In this document: in pieces, positions 32,501 to 35,500 of the stretch
Position numbering within the stretch: position 1 is the first letter of the stretch
Layout of the letters: every line of letters starts with the position of its first letter
Assembly: GCA_016206825.1 (NCBI GenBank)
Contig: JACQQY010000113.1
Span: 1-35,860, forward strand
DNA: 35,860 nucleotides
Reading direction: 5' to 3'
Source: Candidatus Omnitrophota bacterium
GTDB taxonomy: Bacteria > Omnitrophota > Gorgyraeia > 2-02-FULL-51-18
Position numbers and translations under genes: made by a program
The notes under the pieces: model-generated
The model's input: only the letters and a program-made list of their open reading frames with translations
Database searches by the model: none
What the model was told of the DNA's origin: nothing

Positions 32501-35500
32501 TGGGCAACGTGAATACTCCGCCACCTGTTAAGGAAACGGTTCCTTTCCCCGAAAGGTTGACCGTAGCAGCTCCCTTCAAAACAGCCCGCTCCCCGGTAAG
32601 TAAATTCAAAGTTCCGCCGGCCGCTACGCCGATAAACTTATCGCGCGGAGGTTGAATGATCGTGTTGCTTGAAAAGCTTAACGAGCCATCGTTGATGAGA
32701 GTGATGGTGCCGCGACCGGGCAATGCCACCCTCCCGCCGGACTTAAGGGTGATCTGTGCGCCCTTCGGCGCGTTCACGGTCCCGCCCGCCGCGACGGTAA
32801 TCGTCTGGCCATTCGCGGAAATAACCGTACCGCCATCCGGCAAAGTGAGGTTCCCTCCCTCGGCCAGTGAAATGGCGGCATCCCCTGCGACATTCACCGT
32901 GCCTCCGTTGGGCAAAGTCGTGGCCGTACCTGAAGGCATGGGAAGCTGTGCCCCTTCCGGCATCTCGAGGGTGCTTCCGCTGGGTACCGCAAAGTAAGTG
33001 TATCGTTGAGAAAGCCCCCATACTTTCTCCTGAATCCACTCATAAACCTCTTTGAGCCTCATTTCTTTGTCAAAAATCTGCTCACGGAGTTTGAAATTGC
33101 CTGCTTTCCCAACGGCCTTCGCGTTGATAAGGGCATTCGTATTGGGATCCCTCGTATACTCGTAGTCATAGACCACGCGGGCGGGATAGTAGTAAGTTTG
33201 ACTGCCTACCTTGTAATCTTGGATTTCATCCTGCTCTATTTTGAGAAGAGTCCCATTCAAGTCATAGTGGGAGACTGAGCTGAGAACGTCCGTTTGCTGA
33301 CTGATGGGGATCCCGTAGATTCCTTTGGGTACGTAATGCTGGTATTGGGTCACTCCGGAACTGCCGACCGTCATCGCCGTCTCTCCATATTTGTCGAGGA
33401 TGGTCACTGAATCAAACGTGGAGGGATCTCCCCGCCTCGCGCTGCGCATAATCAGCGTTCTGAATTTCAACCGGGAATCAGGATAGCCGGGATCGACGAT
33501 CTCTTCATAGTTGTAGTACACCCAAAGGCCGTTTGGCTGGATCAGGAAAGAAACGCGGGACTCACCAAACTCGTTTTCTTCATAATAGCTCTTCGTGACC
33601 TTTAATTTATCCGCCTTTTTCGGAACAAACTTATCCGCATTTGAAATAAATGAGGATACGAAATCCTCAACCTTGGTTGTAGGTGGATCCGTTCGAAGCG
33701 GCTGGGTACTTGTTTCCTCCATTTCGTCAAACTGCATGGTGTAGAAAAGATCGCCCGATTCGTCATACCGATAGTAAGTAACGGAACTTCTTCCGCTTGT
33801 CACGTAGTCGACGCGTGCTTCTTGATAAAGATCCTTCTCATACACGGTCACCGTTTCGTTCGACTCAGGCACAAAAGTCGCGCCGTCATACTTCGCCACC
33901 GTGCTGGTGTAGCGCGTTCGCACAAGCGTGTCGGACGGATCGTATGCGTAAGTGGTAAGAGTGCCCCGGTAGTCGGTGGTATAGGTGGTTTGCGTTTCGT
34001 AGAATGGGTTCAGACCGAAGTAAGTGGTGAACCCATTGCCCTCCACCTCGATGCGGGTGAGAGAATCATCGATGTTTTCTTGAGAAGAATCCTCCTGCAT
34101 GACGCCGTTGGCATCCACTTTCCAGAATGACGAGTCATAGCGATACCTCTGCTCCACGCCCTTCCGGTCGGTGACGGTTTCGATTTTTTCTTCCCCGAAC
34201 TCGCCCGTGAAAACGGTGTCGCTGATTTTCCTGGCATTCGTGAGATTGATTCCCGTGGAGGTGACCATGGCGCCAAAGGTGGTCTCCTGCCTGCGCAAGG
34301 CATCCACGTCGCTCGCCTGAGAGGCCCGCTTGTCGCCCTCATAGAAGGAAACGGCCGCGTTTCGGAGCGCGCCGTTCGCTTTGTAGCTTGCCGTGTAGTC
34401 CATCTTTTCCGCGCCTTCCACGCCGGCATAATAAGTCGCGGATTTCACGCTGAGACCCGTAACGTCCCCCGATCCCTCCGCGCCCAATCGATAGGCCGTG
34501 GCGGCATGCAAAGCGCCGGTCGCGTCATATTCATAAAGGGCCGTCTCAAACACCACGCCGCTCCGCAGATACGTCTGGGTATAAGAAATTTTCTCTTCAC
34601 CGGCTTCTTCTCCCCGATAATAGGCAAATTGTCTCTTGGCTCCATCGATCCTCGTCTCCGTTCGAATGAGCCAATCGTCCGGCTGGGCGGAAGCGGCGCG
34701 CGCGTTCCCTTTGTAGAAATAAAGCTGTTCCGAAAGCACGACTTCCGAACCCGCCCGGCCGCGGTAATTGAGCGTCCGGTCGCGCCTTTCTTCTCTCGCG
34801 CCGCCCTTATAGAAAGTTTCGGACAAAAGCTTATTGGTGGTGAAACGGCTCGTCGGGGTGACGCTTGCGACGTCGGCCACCGCCCCCTTGAAGGTTCTAT
34901 CCTGAACGAGCGCATCTTCCGTAGAAGCGTCCTTGGCGCGGACCGCCGTATTATTCGGCCCTTGATAGAAATTAACGCCGACCGTCCGAATGCGCGCGCC
35001 GTCATTGGCGTAGCTATAGGCATAATCAGCCACCTCGTCTCCCTTGCCGAGGTGGGTGTCGAAGAAAGTGCTCGACCGGCGGTTGGCCGCTGCAAGGGAG
35101 CCAATACTGGATGTGCGATGACTATCCGAACGAACAAGAGCCTCCTCACCCTCGGCGCCGCCTGCGCGGATAACCGTGTTGTTGGGGCCTTGGTAGTAAT
35201 TGACGCTGACGGTCCGAACGGTAGCGCCGTCGCTGGAATAGGCATAGGTATAATCCGCGACTTCCTCCCCTTTGCCAAGATGAACGGCAAAGAAGGTGGA
35301 AGACCGCCGGTTCGCCGTTGCCACAAGGTTAATCGCCTTAGCGCGGTGGGTGTCGGAGCGAAGCAGAGCGTCTTCAGCGGACGCCTCACCTGCGCGCACA
35401 ACTGCACCGGCAGCCGGCCCTTCATAATAGCTGACACCTACGGTCCTAACCGCCACCCCATCCTTGGCGTAGTTGTAGGTGTAGTCGGCTATCTCGTCTC

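Noticed and set aside
32320-32985. RTX calcium-binding repeats
   Set aside because: There are no GGxGxDxL nonamers; the period is 8 and Asp is scarce.
3531-35437. The many nested plus-strand and alternate-frame ORFs (for example 14922..16340, 17511..18785, 34445..35437)
   Set aside because: They lie wholly within the giant CDS, show no recognisable motifs, and are expected by-products of its codon bias.
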